Positions 43,201 through 51,682 of a stretch of DNA of 64,000 bases are shown here, piece by piece. Position numbers and translations under genes: made by a program. The notes under the pieces were generated by a model, which was given only the letters and a program-made list of their open reading frames with translations, made no database searches and was not told the DNA's origin. The stretch's first letter is position 1, and each line of letters begins with the position of its first letter. Source of the stretch: a virus. The stretch spans positions 154,922 to 218,921 of IMG/VR virus record IMGVR_UViG_3300045988_107814. The stretch is one strand, 5' to 3'.

Positions 43201-44843
43201 CTGTACACTATGATTATAGATATGACCCTAAGTTTTATTATAATTATGGATATCGTACAGAAGATAATAAACCACATAGATTACAATCTGAATGGGGTTT
43301 AAGAAGAAATCTTCCAGAAATGTTCTATTGGAGTCTTGATGAAAAAGAATATACAATAGATAGTATGCATTTACTAGATGAAGTGTTTAATTTTACTTAT
43401 GACTTTAATAAGACATATGAAGAGAATTTAAAAGAAGGATTAAATTATGTTATCGGTTATGACGCTGATAAAGTAGAACAATCTATAAAACGTAGCATTG
43501 TTTCTATTACAAGAACTGGTGCTGAATTAAAGAAGATTCAAGCTAGTCATCCTTATGTAAGAATTACATCTTTAAATAAGAATAAGGTAATGACATTTAT
43601 AAAGAATAAGAATAGAAAGATTTTGTTTGATAATATAAAATTCATTGTAACTCTTAATAGTAGTTATGGTGATATTGTTGATATAAATACATTTCAATAT
43701 ATAGATGAGAAGGGTATTAAAAGATTTGTATCCAAAACGGCTAATATTAATATGAAGTATGGAGATCAGGTAAATCCTACCATTACAAAAGCTTCTGGAG
43801 TATATGCATTTAAAGATGTAGATAAGAACTTTACTCAGGTATATGATAAAGTAAAATACAATAGAATAACAGAAATGATTGAATTGTATTATAATAATGA
43901 ACTCGTTATAACAACTCAAGTTGATGAAGTGCACGATAATTCGAAGATTGAGCTTTCTAGATGGAATATTAGCAAACAAGAAAACTACGTAATGATCTTT
44001 AAGAATAGAGAGCTTTATGATAGATATCATAGTATTGAATATACAGATATATCATTCATAGTGGATTTTAATAAAGATCAGATTGTAGATACAGATGAAT
44101 TTGAATTTGTATTTTTCTTAAATGCTAATAATACTATTATGAAAAAACTTTGTGAGACTAATGATGATTTAAAATTAAGTGTACCATCTGGTTATTTTTC
44201 TAATTCTGTTAATAAGATAAGAACTGATAATTATGGTAATTTAATGGATAAAGGTCTATACGAAGGATTAACTGGAACTGTTGATTTAGATTGTGCTATT
44301 GCATGTGATACAAGTATTATTGATGCTGAAAATGTTCAATTACTTGTAAATACAATGCCTGTTAATAAAGATGATAAATGGACGGTTGACAATGTTGATA
44401 ATACAGCGTATGAATTATCATATAAAATGAAATCATACAAAGCCGAAACCTCTATGGCTTATAATAATGAAAAGTTTATTATGCATTTAGAAGATGATAA
44501 TAAATTAAATGGTCTTCATCGAGTTACAAAACAAGGTGGAGGAGAATATTTCTTATTATTTGATGGTACTGTTCCTAAAAATGATGGTACTACTGATGGT
44601 GGTGTACATGTTAAACCTGGTGGCGGAGGAACAAGTGGTATTACCGGTATTGGTCTAATGGCATTTGCTACTCAAAATGTACGTTCTATTGAATTTAATG
44701 GTACTATGGAAGGATGGAATAAAATTTCTAAAACCTTACCTTGGATTAGAGATGCTACTAATCTTAATAATGGTGGTGGTATTAAATGTACTGATGGTAA
44801 TATAAAAGTTAAACCTGAAGAAACTCAAAATGGTAGTGTATAA
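40251..44843 (+). CDS. giant virion-associated protein (1530 aa), presumed tail/baseplate component
   Basis: Uninterrupted 4.6-kb ORF with an SD. No catalytic motif recognised. The Gly-rich C-terminus followed by ...AFATQNVRSIEFNGTMEGWNKI resembles the end of BspA-type LRR modules. The operon continues into an LRR protein. Confidence 0.6.
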   Translation: MSKYMEDIQGKIVSNPINETNTKYPYIEKENNIRPGDKYSIDTQYMYNDNEPVSDIDTTYYADYRNKIEELRKRTESTYEALESCLVPVEIPGMSFQPFEYVQTELDSGEVVEERVKSFTYFFQDHLSPIGIQSDTGEGSIQEFVFRTNKVKFIDDRHRRLIYDRTIHLMSLKEDEDNNVTFREMIRNTFTEYSDKYKTYYSLIKDTNAVTINYSDIISNILSSIADGTDSYTVIDNNGKEKKVKSDADFDYPLLSGQDIDTFVPSTLYNLYNLGWVNAAMIYLNGLSIEWTKILISVDNIDTFIIITNLPKSGLDLIDDSKEIYLDYIHIPFKVQYIIGSVYNNKNPYYDKYVTNGNINKPIIFVIDKTSLSMRFTHIDSDLYRYNTGYNFDKIICVDDNIKFMEFTLYDSEDSDHLIDAGINYTKSFKQFCDNDYRCKLKQFNFLGFELNRYDDSNKNGTLKNDDFTITWHPFNIMDVRFKRLFNRSRVFKVFYNTKVLYDQDNILRIKNHDRISDEYEKYRKDVTANIETYLNEIYILAKKDIGTYIANNGVMYGYKYHYVTPYECLLLYNAISEVNGDNKVSFDDFRNINVSGIKMDPNKFKSVMNPKLVANKDGKCVWTIPVSETIKECPAVKIVDMTTGDIVLADIDYIQDTNEIAITMYKDGNNIPENTYKVTIYYADIIKGNPAFAKSNTGIYIWYETIVGNVKAVAVYETKTNQVVLADVESYPRVDGKRTRIKVTLHTTEEIPADKYKLVININKVDEHSFLNYINGGFIAVPKDEDSIFAEKINEKDIYTGGVLNSNIREYFNNIMKLTGATLPDILIPIDDERRDDLTQPNDIFYNYEGDNKGKIVPYTPIANEFNLTQEYDDVQYDKLKIRFELAYLNNMEEGATPVDEFIYYFDNDNVANLDKYPVTNSYVDRQTANILNAIAKNIFKYDPKLVANSIYKMNYAADYIIPKSLGSMSREDCIVTSNEQYPVHYDYRYDPKFYYNYGYRTEDNKPHRLQSEWGLRRNLPEMFYWSLDEKEYTIDSMHLLDEVFNFTYDFNKTYEENLKEGLNYVIGYDADKVEQSIKRSIVSITRTGAELKKIQASHPYVRITSLNKNKVMTFIKNKNRKILFDNIKFIVTLNSSYGDIVDINTFQYIDEKGIKRFVSKTANINMKYGDQVNPTITKASGVYAFKDVDKNFTQVYDKVKYNRITEMIELYYNNELVITTQVDEVHDNSKIELSRWNISKQENYVMIFKNRELYDRYHSIEYTDISFIVDFNKDQIVDTDEFEFVFFLNANNTIMKKLCETNDDLKLSVPSGYFSNSVNKIRTDNYGNLMDKGLYEGLTGTVDLDCAIACDTSIIDAENVQLLVNTMPVNKDDKWTVDNVDNTAYELSYKMKSYKAETSMAYNNEKFIMHLEDDNKLNGLHRVTKQGGGEYFLLFDGTVPKNDGTTDGGVHVKPGGGGTSGITGIGLMAFATQNVRSIEFNGTMEGWNKISKTLPWIRDATNLNNGGGIKCTDGNIKVKPEETQNGSV

Positions 44844-44859
44844 GAGAGGAGGAATATAG

Positions 44860-46707
44860 ATGCAAACTTTATATTGTGGTACTACTGACTTTAGTTCTGT
44901 AGATAGACACGATAGTCAAATTACTATATATGGCGATGATAAAGATTCTACAGTAAGAAAATCATTTATTGAAAATTTAGCTAAGTCTTTAGACGGATTA
45001 TCTATAATAGAAATGAAAGAAATAACTGTAATAGAAGAATATGCTTTGTCTAATCTACAAGTAAGTAAGTTTAAACTTATTCTTCCTGATACATTAACTA
45101 CTATAGGAAAATATGCATTCCAAAACTGTACAGCTATGAATGATATTGTAATCCCAGCATCTGTAACTAGTATTGGCGAAGGCGTGTTTTATGGATGTGC
45201 ATCTTTAAATAATATTTATTTTAAAGAAGATACTAAAATTACTTATATTCCAGAGTTGTTCTGTTCTGGTGGTGGTTTTAATACTATAGGAATAGAATAT
45301 AATGATGGTACAAGAACTGAGCATGACAAAATAGAATTTCCAAAATCTATTACTAAGATTGGTAATAATGCATTTTATAATTGTGGATCTATGGGACATA
45401 CATTAGTAATTGGAGATAATATAACTACTATTGGTGATTATGCTTTCTTTGGAACTACTATTGACGTTATAAAGGTTGGTAATGGTATTAACACTGGTTC
45501 TGACCAAAAAACTGAAGATTTTGATGATGGCAATTATGATACAGATAGAGATATTGCTGTTCCTTATACATTATACTTATCATCAAAACGTCAATTTAGA
45601 TATAAGTATTTTGTTGCTGAAAAAGATATGGATCCTGGCACTATATATCTAATGAATAAGAAAGAGTATGAGGAAACTGATGAAAAGACTTATACTTATA
45701 AAACAGATGATGATGACTTTAAGTTCTGCTTACAGAATTCTCATTTAATGATCTTTAAAAATGGTTTGTTATTACCAAAATCTTTCTACTATTTACATTC
45801 TATTATCAATACTCCAATTACAGACGTAGGTGTTGTATTTAATGTTCCTATAAAGACTGGAGATAGAATTGATATATTCTATATAACTAATGATCTTAAG
45901 CATATAGATACAGAATACTATGATGAGAAAAATAAAGAAAGATATATTAAAAATGGTGATATTGAAGTAAGTAATAAGGAAAGTGAATATCGTGTAATGG
46001 GTAACCAATTATATGAGAACAACACTTCTAGAACTAACTATATTAAATTACGTTCTCCTTTATATGCTATTTCTAGTAAACATTCTGTATTTGTATTTCT
46101 AAATGGTAAGAAAGTAAGATTAGATGAACTTGAAGATATATCTGATACTATAATGAGTGTAAATACAGATTATAGTACTTATAATCCAGAGATGAACGCT
46201 GCTATACTAGAAGTGATGAATCACTTAGATACACAAGATATTATTGAACAGATGTATATTAATGATGGTTTAAATCATGATACAAACACATCAAGTCAAT
46301 TTAATAATACTGATAATAATAATGTATATAAATCTACAAAGTTAGTATCTTCTGTAGATCTTACTAAATTAGAAGCGTATGCTAAACGTACATTATTAGA
46401 TGATATTCTTAATGATCTATCTGATACTAATTTAAATAAGTTATTCTATAATTATGATACTGCTAAAGGACCTATGACATTATATAATAAGAGTAATACT
46501 AATGAACCTGATTTTATTAATAGAAATGATGTAATTGCAAGTATAGTAGATAAATATTATACTAGTGGTGAATCTTATATTGATGAAAAATTAGATTTAT
46601 TTGAAGTTCCTAAAGCAAGTGGTGTTGTAGAACAAGACAATACAAACGGTACTCTATATTATCTTGGTGATGATATTAAAGCCCCTGAAACTAGTACTGA
46701 AGAATAA
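44860..46707 (+). CDS. BspA-type leucine-rich-repeat protein, candidate receptor-binding/tail fibre protein
   Basis: Repeats of the I..IG..AF..C..L..I.IP.SVT.IG type: IEEYALSNL, LTTIGKYAFQNCTAMNDIVIPASVTSIGEGVFYGCASL, ITKIGNNAFYNCGSM and TTIGDYAFFGT. GAGGAGG SD. Confidence 0.75.
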   Translation: MQTLYCGTTDFSSVDRHDSQITIYGDDKDSTVRKSFIENLAKSLDGLSIIEMKEITVIEEYALSNLQVSKFKLILPDTLTTIGKYAFQNCTAMNDIVIPASVTSIGEGVFYGCASLNNIYFKEDTKITYIPELFCSGGGFNTIGIEYNDGTRTEHDKIEFPKSITKIGNNAFYNCGSMGHTLVIGDNITTIGDYAFFGTTIDVIKVGNGINTGSDQKTEDFDDGNYDTDRDIAVPYTLYLSSKRQFRYKYFVAEKDMDPGTIYLMNKKEYEETDEKTYTYKTDDDDFKFCLQNSHLMIFKNGLLLPKSFYYLHSIINTPITDVGVVFNVPIKTGDRIDIFYITNDLKHIDTEYYDEKNKERYIKNGDIEVSNKESEYRVMGNQLYENNTSRTNYIKLRSPLYAISSKHSVFVFLNGKKVRLDELEDISDTIMSVNTDYSTYNPEMNAAILEVMNHLDTQDIIEQMYINDGLNHDTNTSSQFNNTDNNNVYKSTKLVSSVDLTKLEAYAKRTLLDDILNDLSDTNLNKLFYNYDTAKGPMTLYNKSNTNEPDFINRNDVIASIVDKYYTSGESYIDEKLDLFEVPKASGVVEQDNTNGTLYYLGDDIKAPETSTEE

Positions 46708-46713
46708 AAATAT

Positions 46714-46740
46714 TGAGGGATAGCATAAGGCTATCCCTCA
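46714..46740 (+). terminator. rho-independent terminator
   Basis: TGAGGGATAGC ataag GCTATCCCTCA followed by GTTTATTT. Confidence 0.75.
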
Positions 46741-46811
46741 GTTTATTTCAACAATCTAATAATATTGGAGTAATGATCTCTTATAGGGGATGTACTCAGA
46801 AAGGAGTTAAT

Positions 46812-47633
46812 ATGATCACTACAATTTTGACAGTTGCAGAAACATCTAAAAATGATTATGTTAATGATGTCAGTCAATATTCTGATTTAATTCATACATA
46901 CGGTGCATCTGCTGTTATTATTGCTGTTTTCTTGATTATTGTGTTATCTATTATTGGATATACTTTACATAATAATCAAAAAACTAACAACCAAATTATT
47001 AAACAACAGCAAGAGCTTGTTGATATGCTTTTAAAAAACAAAGAAGAAAAGGAGGAAGAGACCAATGATAGGCAAGTAAAACCTAGAGAACCTGATTTAG
47101 TACAAGTATTTTTAAATATAAATTCTAGTTTAAAAGACGTACTAAAAGAATTATCTGATGATATTGGTACTAGTCGAATAGCTATATATGTATTCCATAA
47201 TGGTGTATATAGTTCTCATGGTTTACCATTCTTTAAAACATCTTGTATATGTGAAGTTGTAGAAAAGAATTGTGGGGTGATTAAAAATATTAAATCACAT
47301 ACAGGCTTACCATTGCAAATGTTTGATAATAGTATTTCATATATTTATAAGAATGGTAAAATGAGTATATGTGATGTAGATATAGATACTGATGAATTAG
47401 TTCATGATTCACCAGTTCTTTCTGGTATGTTAAAAAGTAATAATATTAGATCTGCCAGTGCTATAGCTGTATACGATCATGATAATAATATTCTTGGTAT
47501 TATTCTTGCTGAGTTTACTGATAAACATGACAAAGAATTTTTATCTTCTGTTGAAAATAAGCTTATTGATAAAGCACCAACGTTGTCTCCAATTCTTGAG
47601 TATTCAGGAATTTATAATACAACTAATAAATAA
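46812..47633 (+). CDS. single-pass membrane protein with a GAF-like C-terminal domain
   Basis: ORF 46713-47633. Start moved to ATG 46812 after AAAGGAG. TM helix ASAVIIAVFLIIVLSIIGYTL. C-terminal pattern SRIAIYVFHNG...ICDVDIDTDE...IRSASAIAVYDHDNNILGIILAEF resembles GAF domains. Confidence 0.5.
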   Translation: MITTILTVAETSKNDYVNDVSQYSDLIHTYGASAVIIAVFLIIVLSIIGYTLHNNQKTNNQIIKQQQELVDMLLKNKEEKEEETNDRQVKPREPDLVQVFLNINSSLKDVLKELSDDIGTSRIAIYVFHNGVYSSHGLPFFKTSCICEVVEKNCGVIKNIKSHTGLPLQMFDNSISYIYKNGKMSICDVDIDTDELVHDSPVLSGMLKSNNIRSASAIAVYDHDNNILGIILAEFTDKHDKEFLSSVENKLIDKAPTLSPILEYSGIYNTTNK

Positions 47634-47649
47634 GGTATACCTCCACAAT

Positions 47650-47677
47650 TGTAGATGAGGTTTTTGCCTCATCTACA
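47650..47677 (+). terminator. rho-independent terminator
   Basis: TGTAGATGAGG tttttg CCTCATCTACA followed by TAACTTTTTT. Confidence 0.8.
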
Positions 47678-47790
47678 TAACTTTTTTCGACTGTATACTA
47701 TAAAAGTGTTATAGAGACAAGATTATATTTAATCTTGCAATCCACACCCGAAAAGTAAAAAGAAAGAAGAAAGAAATGAGGTTATTTATT

Positions 47791-48606
47791 ATGTCAAAGA
47801 AAACTTATTTTACATTGATCGGAATTATTATATTTACGGTCATAATGTTATTAGGATTTGTACTTAGTACAGTATTTACTGCTGAGAAGATTGATAATAA
47901 AGAATTTATCGAAGCAGAGGCACTTACTATTGTTACAACTGATTCAGAAGCAGAAGTATTAGACCAAAAGATTGTGCAGTATACCGAGATCGCATATACA
48001 ACTACTACAACAGAAACTACTACTGTTGCAACAACATCTACAGATTCCACCACTGTAGAAACAACTATTCCTACTACAACAACTACAGAAGCAGTTGTAG
48101 AGGATTGTTATTACTTCTATCAAGATAGTATGAGGGTACACACTGCGGATTGTCAGTACGCAGATCCGTCTTGTATGGAAGCTATTTATGGTGATTATAT
48201 AGATACAGCCAGAAAGTGTCAAGTATGTAATCCAGATATTACAATTGGTGAAGAATATATTCCACCTAAACAAGAAGCATCAGTACAGCAAGTGTCTTCT
48301 AATAATAGTGGAAATAGAAACTATACAGTATCTGAAATGACATATTATTCTGGTGGCTATGGGTGCTATGGTGCATCGGGTAGAACGTTAATTAATAACT
48401 ACTCTGTTGCTTGTAATAGCATTCCTTTAGGAACTATCGTGTATATTAAATCGTCAGATGGTTCTATTGATGGTACTTATAGAGTAGATGATACTGGTGC
48501 TATGGGAGGTCATGTAATCGATATTTTCTATTCTAACTACAGCAATGTTCCTAGTTCATTCCGAAATCTTGGACGTGTGTCATGTGAAGTCTGGATTGTA
48601 GGATAA
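47791..48606 (+). CDS. membrane-anchored 3D-domain cell-wall hydrolase (YocH/MltA-like), lysin candidate
   Basis: N-terminal TM YFTLIGIIIFTVIMLLGFVL. Thr-rich linker TTTTTETTTVATTSTDSTTVETTIPTTTTT. Cys cluster HTADCQY...KCQVCNP. C-terminal SIPLGTIVYI...YRVDDTGAMGGHVIDIF matches the 3D-domain pattern VIPLGSKVYV...AADTGGAIKGNRIDVF. Confidence 0.72.
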   Translation: MSKKTYFTLIGIIIFTVIMLLGFVLSTVFTAEKIDNKEFIEAEALTIVTTDSEAEVLDQKIVQYTEIAYTTTTTETTTVATTSTDSTTVETTIPTTTTTEAVVEDCYYFYQDSMRVHTADCQYADPSCMEAIYGDYIDTARKCQVCNPDITIGEEYIPPKQEASVQQVSSNNSGNRNYTVSEMTYYSGGYGCYGASGRTLINNYSVACNSIPLGTIVYIKSSDGSIDGTYRVDDTGAMGGHVIDIFYSNYSNVPSSFRNLGRVSCEVWIVG

Positions 48607-48697
48607 AAATGAACTAGTTCTCTATAACAACACTTTGAAATAAGAGTTGATCTAATCTTCTCTTATTTTTTATATTATATTTAAGAAGGTATACAAA

Positions 48698-48725
48698 AGC
48701 ACCATACCATTTAAGGTATGGTGCT
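48698..48725. terminator. bidirectional terminator between convergent genes
   Basis: AGCACCATACC atttaa GGTATGGTGCT. Confidence 0.7.
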
Positions 48726-48731
48726 AATGTT

Positions 48732-49127
48732 TTAACCTTTATCTTCAGTAGATTGATCATCATTTTCTTTTGTTTGATCACCAGTTGTATCATCAGAAGA
48801 AGTGCCTTTTGCATCATATACAACTAGTAAACGATCCATATCAATAATAGCTGTAGGTTCAACGCTAACTACATCAAGACCTTCGAGAGCAGCATCGATA
48901 GTCTTTGCTGCTTCTACAGCATCATTAATAGAGAACTGTACAAGCTTTACTTGAGGCTTTGTAATAGTAGACTTAGCATCATCATAAAGAACAACAGCAA
49001 TATTATTATGACCGTTAAAAGTCAGCTTAATAGAAGAGAACTTTTCTACAGTAGCTAACTTTGCATTTACCTGCTTTTCAATCTCAGAAATATCAGCACG
49101 ACCAATATTAATAATAAGACTTTTCAT
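48732..49127 (-). CDS. hypothetical protein (acidic C-terminal tail)
   Basis: 131-aa ORF, TGGAGG SD. Confidence 0.7.
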   Translation of the reverse strand: MKSLIINIGRADISEIEKQVNAKLATVEKFSSIKLTFNGHNNIAVVLYDDAKSTITKPQVKLVQFSINDAVEAAKTIDAALEGLDVVSVEPTAIIDMDRLLVVYDAKGTSSDDTTGDQTKENDDQSTEDKG

Positions 49128-49143
49128 TTATAATTACCTCCAA

Positions 49144-49662
49144 TCATTCTTTAAAAAGAATAATCATATTCTTATCATCTAGCATAAAACTGTCATATGG
49201 TTCCAATCCCCAATCCTTATCATTATCTAATCTATCGAATATACTAGTCAATAAACGAGATCCAGAATATGGATCTGCTGGATTAGGAACGATCTTAATT
49301 CTTGGATTAGTACCAGCTTTGTACTCAAAAAGAATAATGTACATATATTCAGAAGGACGACAAATAGAAATAAACGACTTTTCATCTAGTTCCATTTGTT
49401 TTAATTCTTCATTAATGATCTCTTCTGTTTTGATCATACTTTGTGATCCTCTGATAACTCTTACACCAATTTCAGGAGTTTCAGAACCAGCAGAATCTTC
49501 TTTCTCAGCAACAAGCATATACTTTCCATCATCCAAAGCTTTAATAAGATCTGCTAACCAAGTAACAGAAGAATCTTTTCCAATCTTATAGATTGCTTCA
49601 TTGATCTTAGTTTCATTGTCTTTTTCATTTCTAGACATTGGAATTAAGTATACTTGCTTCAT
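49144..49662 (-). CDS. hypothetical protein
   Basis: 172-aa ORF, AAGGAGG SD. Confidence 0.7.
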   Translation of the reverse strand: MKQVYLIPMSRNEKDNETKINEAIYKIGKDSSVTWLADLIKALDDGKYMLVAEKEDSAGSETPEIGVRVIRGSQSMIKTEEIINEELKQMELDEKSFISICRPSEYMYIILFEYKAGTNPRIKIVPNPADPYSGSRLLTSIFDRLDNDKDWGLEPYDSFMLDDKNMIILFKE

Positions 49663-49750
49663 TAGGATTTACCTCCTTAAATAACAGTAGTTATATATCA
49701 TCATCTTTATTATAAAGTTTCGATATAAAATTAAAAAAAATAAAATGATA

Positions 49751-49780
49751 ATGGGATCTCTTATTTATAAGAGATCCCAT
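49751..49780 (-). terminator. rho-independent terminator after small ORF 49787-49951
   Basis: ATGGGATCTCTTA ttta TAAGAGATCCCAT, 13-bp stem, followed on the minus strand by ...ATTTTATTTTTTTT. Confidence 0.85.
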
Positions 49781-49786
49781 TAAATT

Positions 49787-49951
49787 TTAGAAACTTATCT
49801 TTTCTAAATTAGAGAGGCATTCTTCTGTTTCTCTAATTGTGTCTGAAGTCAAAGCCTCAGACATTTCTTCTATTAATGTAGCTACAAGCTGGAAATCTTC
49901 AGCCTTTGTAGCCGCATTCATTTTTTCTATTATTTCATCAACTGTGTTCAT
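49787..49951 (-). CDS. small acidic helical protein (54 aa)
   Basis: Not in the ORF track. GGAGGAAATA SD before ATG 49951. MNTVDEIIEKMNAATKAEDFQLVATLIEEMSEALTSDTIRETEECLSNLEKISF. Has its own terminator. The competing plus-strand ORF 49839-50024 has no SD. Confidence 0.55.
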   Translation of the reverse strand: MNTVDEIIEKMNAATKAEDFQLVATLIEEMSEALTSDTIRETEECLSNLEKISF

Positions 49952-50042
49952 TATTTCCTCCGATAGGATGTTGAATCTTTATAACTGTTTTACAGTATCC
50001 TATATTCATAATTATAATATATAAATAAGTTATAGCAAATTA

Positions 50043-50750
50043 TCAATAATACACATACCAATCTCTAGCATCTAAATCTTCTTGAGAAGGTTTCCAATCT
50101 TTATAGTGTCCATTTTCTTTTATTTGAATAATTTCTTCTTCTTTTGTTATAATCTTACCAGACTCATCTAAATCTTTATAATGCCGTTTAATAATTATAA
50201 TAAATTTATCATCTTCCCAACACTTTCTTGCACAAGCATCATTTAAACTAATAAATTCGAGTGCAGTTCTAAACTTAAAACCAATAGGAATATATGTGTA
50301 CTTATCTCTATTATTTTTAATATGATCTGGAATATCAAAATATGAATTACAACATTTCTTCTTCATATTTTCCTTAACCATATCATCTATACTATCATCA
50401 TCAATTTTCCAATCTGAAGTATTTATAATTGCGTTGAGTTTATCCGTAAGATCATTTACAAATCTTTGAATAAATTTTGTATTATTCTTGATTGACTTGA
50501 TATCGATAATTTCAAACTCTGTATCTAACCATTTCTTTACAGTATCAAAATCATAAGAACCATAACCTTCAATTATTTTAAAATTAGTATCAATCCATAT
50601 AATCGTAAAATATACTTTATATTCTTTAAGTGTAAGTGTAGGTTCCACACTAACATTAGTAGCAGTAGGGGTTGCTTTAATAAAAGCTGTAAAACATTCT
50701 ATTTTTTGTTTCTTTTCTTTGTCATTAGCATTACAACACGTAGTTTCCAT
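50043..50750 (-). CDS. hypothetical protein
   Basis: 235-aa ORF, weak AAAGG SD. Confidence 0.65.
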   Translation of the reverse strand: METTCCNANDKEKKQKIECFTAFIKATPTATNVSVEPTLTLKEYKVYFTIIWIDTNFKIIEGYGSYDFDTVKKWLDTEFEIIDIKSIKNNTKFIQRFVNDLTDKLNAIINTSDWKIDDDSIDDMVKENMKKKCCNSYFDIPDHIKNNRDKYTYIPIGFKFRTALEFISLNDACARKCWEDDKFIIIIKRHYKDLDESGKIITKEEEIIQIKENGHYKDWKPSQEDLDARDWYVYY

Positions 50751-50778
50751 AATAATATCAACCTTTCTTTAAAATAAA

Positions 50779-50806
50779 ATCACTAAAGGAATTAACCTTT
50801 AGTGAT
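50779..50806 (-). terminator. rho-independent terminator
   Basis: ATCACTAAAGG aattaa CCTTTAGTGAT followed on the minus strand by TTTATTTT. Confidence 0.75.
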
Positions 50807-50863
50807 TAGTTTTTATCAATGTAATTTATAATACTTCATCTTCAACCATCATAAATGCCTCCA

Positions 50864-51574
50864 TTAATAATATAATTCTTTAATAAATCTTGAATCATTA
50901 TCAAAGTTATATACAAATAGTGGATTCAGATTATAAAATTTCCATCCTCCACCAGTTGTACTCTGCTCTCCTCTAAGACAATCTGAAATACGTTTGGAAT
51001 CTAGATTATGTCTTGCAGCAAATTGTAATTGATTGTTAGTGAGATATAATTGACCATTAGGTGCTTCTGCTATAAACTCTCTAACAGTTGTAGAATTTCT
51101 TGTTTGTTGTATTGGTGTACCCCAAGATATATTTCCATCTACATACCCTAGATTATTATTTACTCTATCAATAGATAATTTTACACCAGGATATCTAGCT
51201 TTCATTTGTACATATTGAGCATAACAAGCATCAAAAAAATCTACTGGATATTCGTAATCAGTTGTAAGACCTCGTCCACCGTATCTATGATATTCTTTAT
51301 CATTTGGATTATTGATTCTACTTTTTAAATGCATAAATGTATCATAAAATGTAGGATCTAAAGATTTAATATCACGACTACAAGCTATTCCATGTTTTGA
51401 AGCATTTGGATTATTTCTTAAGTCATATTCACTTATTTCTTTAATTCTGTTACATTTAATACATCTAGTAGAAAAATACTTTCTATGTGCTTTTACGTTT
51501 CTATAAGATCTCATTAAAAACATATCTCCAACTATATCTCCAGGTTGAAGATAATTTGTACTGTTTTCGTTCAT
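50864..51574 (-). CDS. free-standing homing-endonuclease-like protein (degenerate HNH_3-type core plus C-terminal DNA-binding module)
   Basis: YGGRGL...SIDRVNNNLGYVDGNISWGTPIQQTRN matches the phage YGGRGI...lDRIDndgnYepgNCRWat..eQ.nN pattern. C-terminal ...LTNNQLQFAARHNLDSKRISDCLRGEQSTTGGGWKF is like the DNA-binding tails of Seg/Tev-type endonucleases. Confidence 0.55.
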   Translation of the reverse strand: MNENSTNYLQPGDIVGDMFLMRSYRNVKAHRKYFSTRCIKCNRIKEISEYDLRNNPNASKHGIACSRDIKSLDPTFYDTFMHLKSRINNPNDKEYHRYGGRGLTTDYEYPVDFFDACYAQYVQMKARYPGVKLSIDRVNNNLGYVDGNISWGTPIQQTRNSTTVREFIAEAPNGQLYLTNNQLQFAARHNLDSKRISDCLRGEQSTTGGGWKFYNLNPLFVYNFDNDSRFIKELYY

Positions 51575-51682
51575 GACAACAGCAACCTCCTTTATTTATA
51601 ATTTTTATAAATAAGTTATGCTGTTAATATTTTATTATCATGAAACCAAATCAAGCGTTAGAAATATCATAATTTTAAAAAT

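Noticed and set aside
43572-44030. 152-aa minus-strand ORF inside the 1530-aa gene
   Set aside because: Ile/Phe/Tyr-rich antisense shadow in AT-rich DNA, with no signals.
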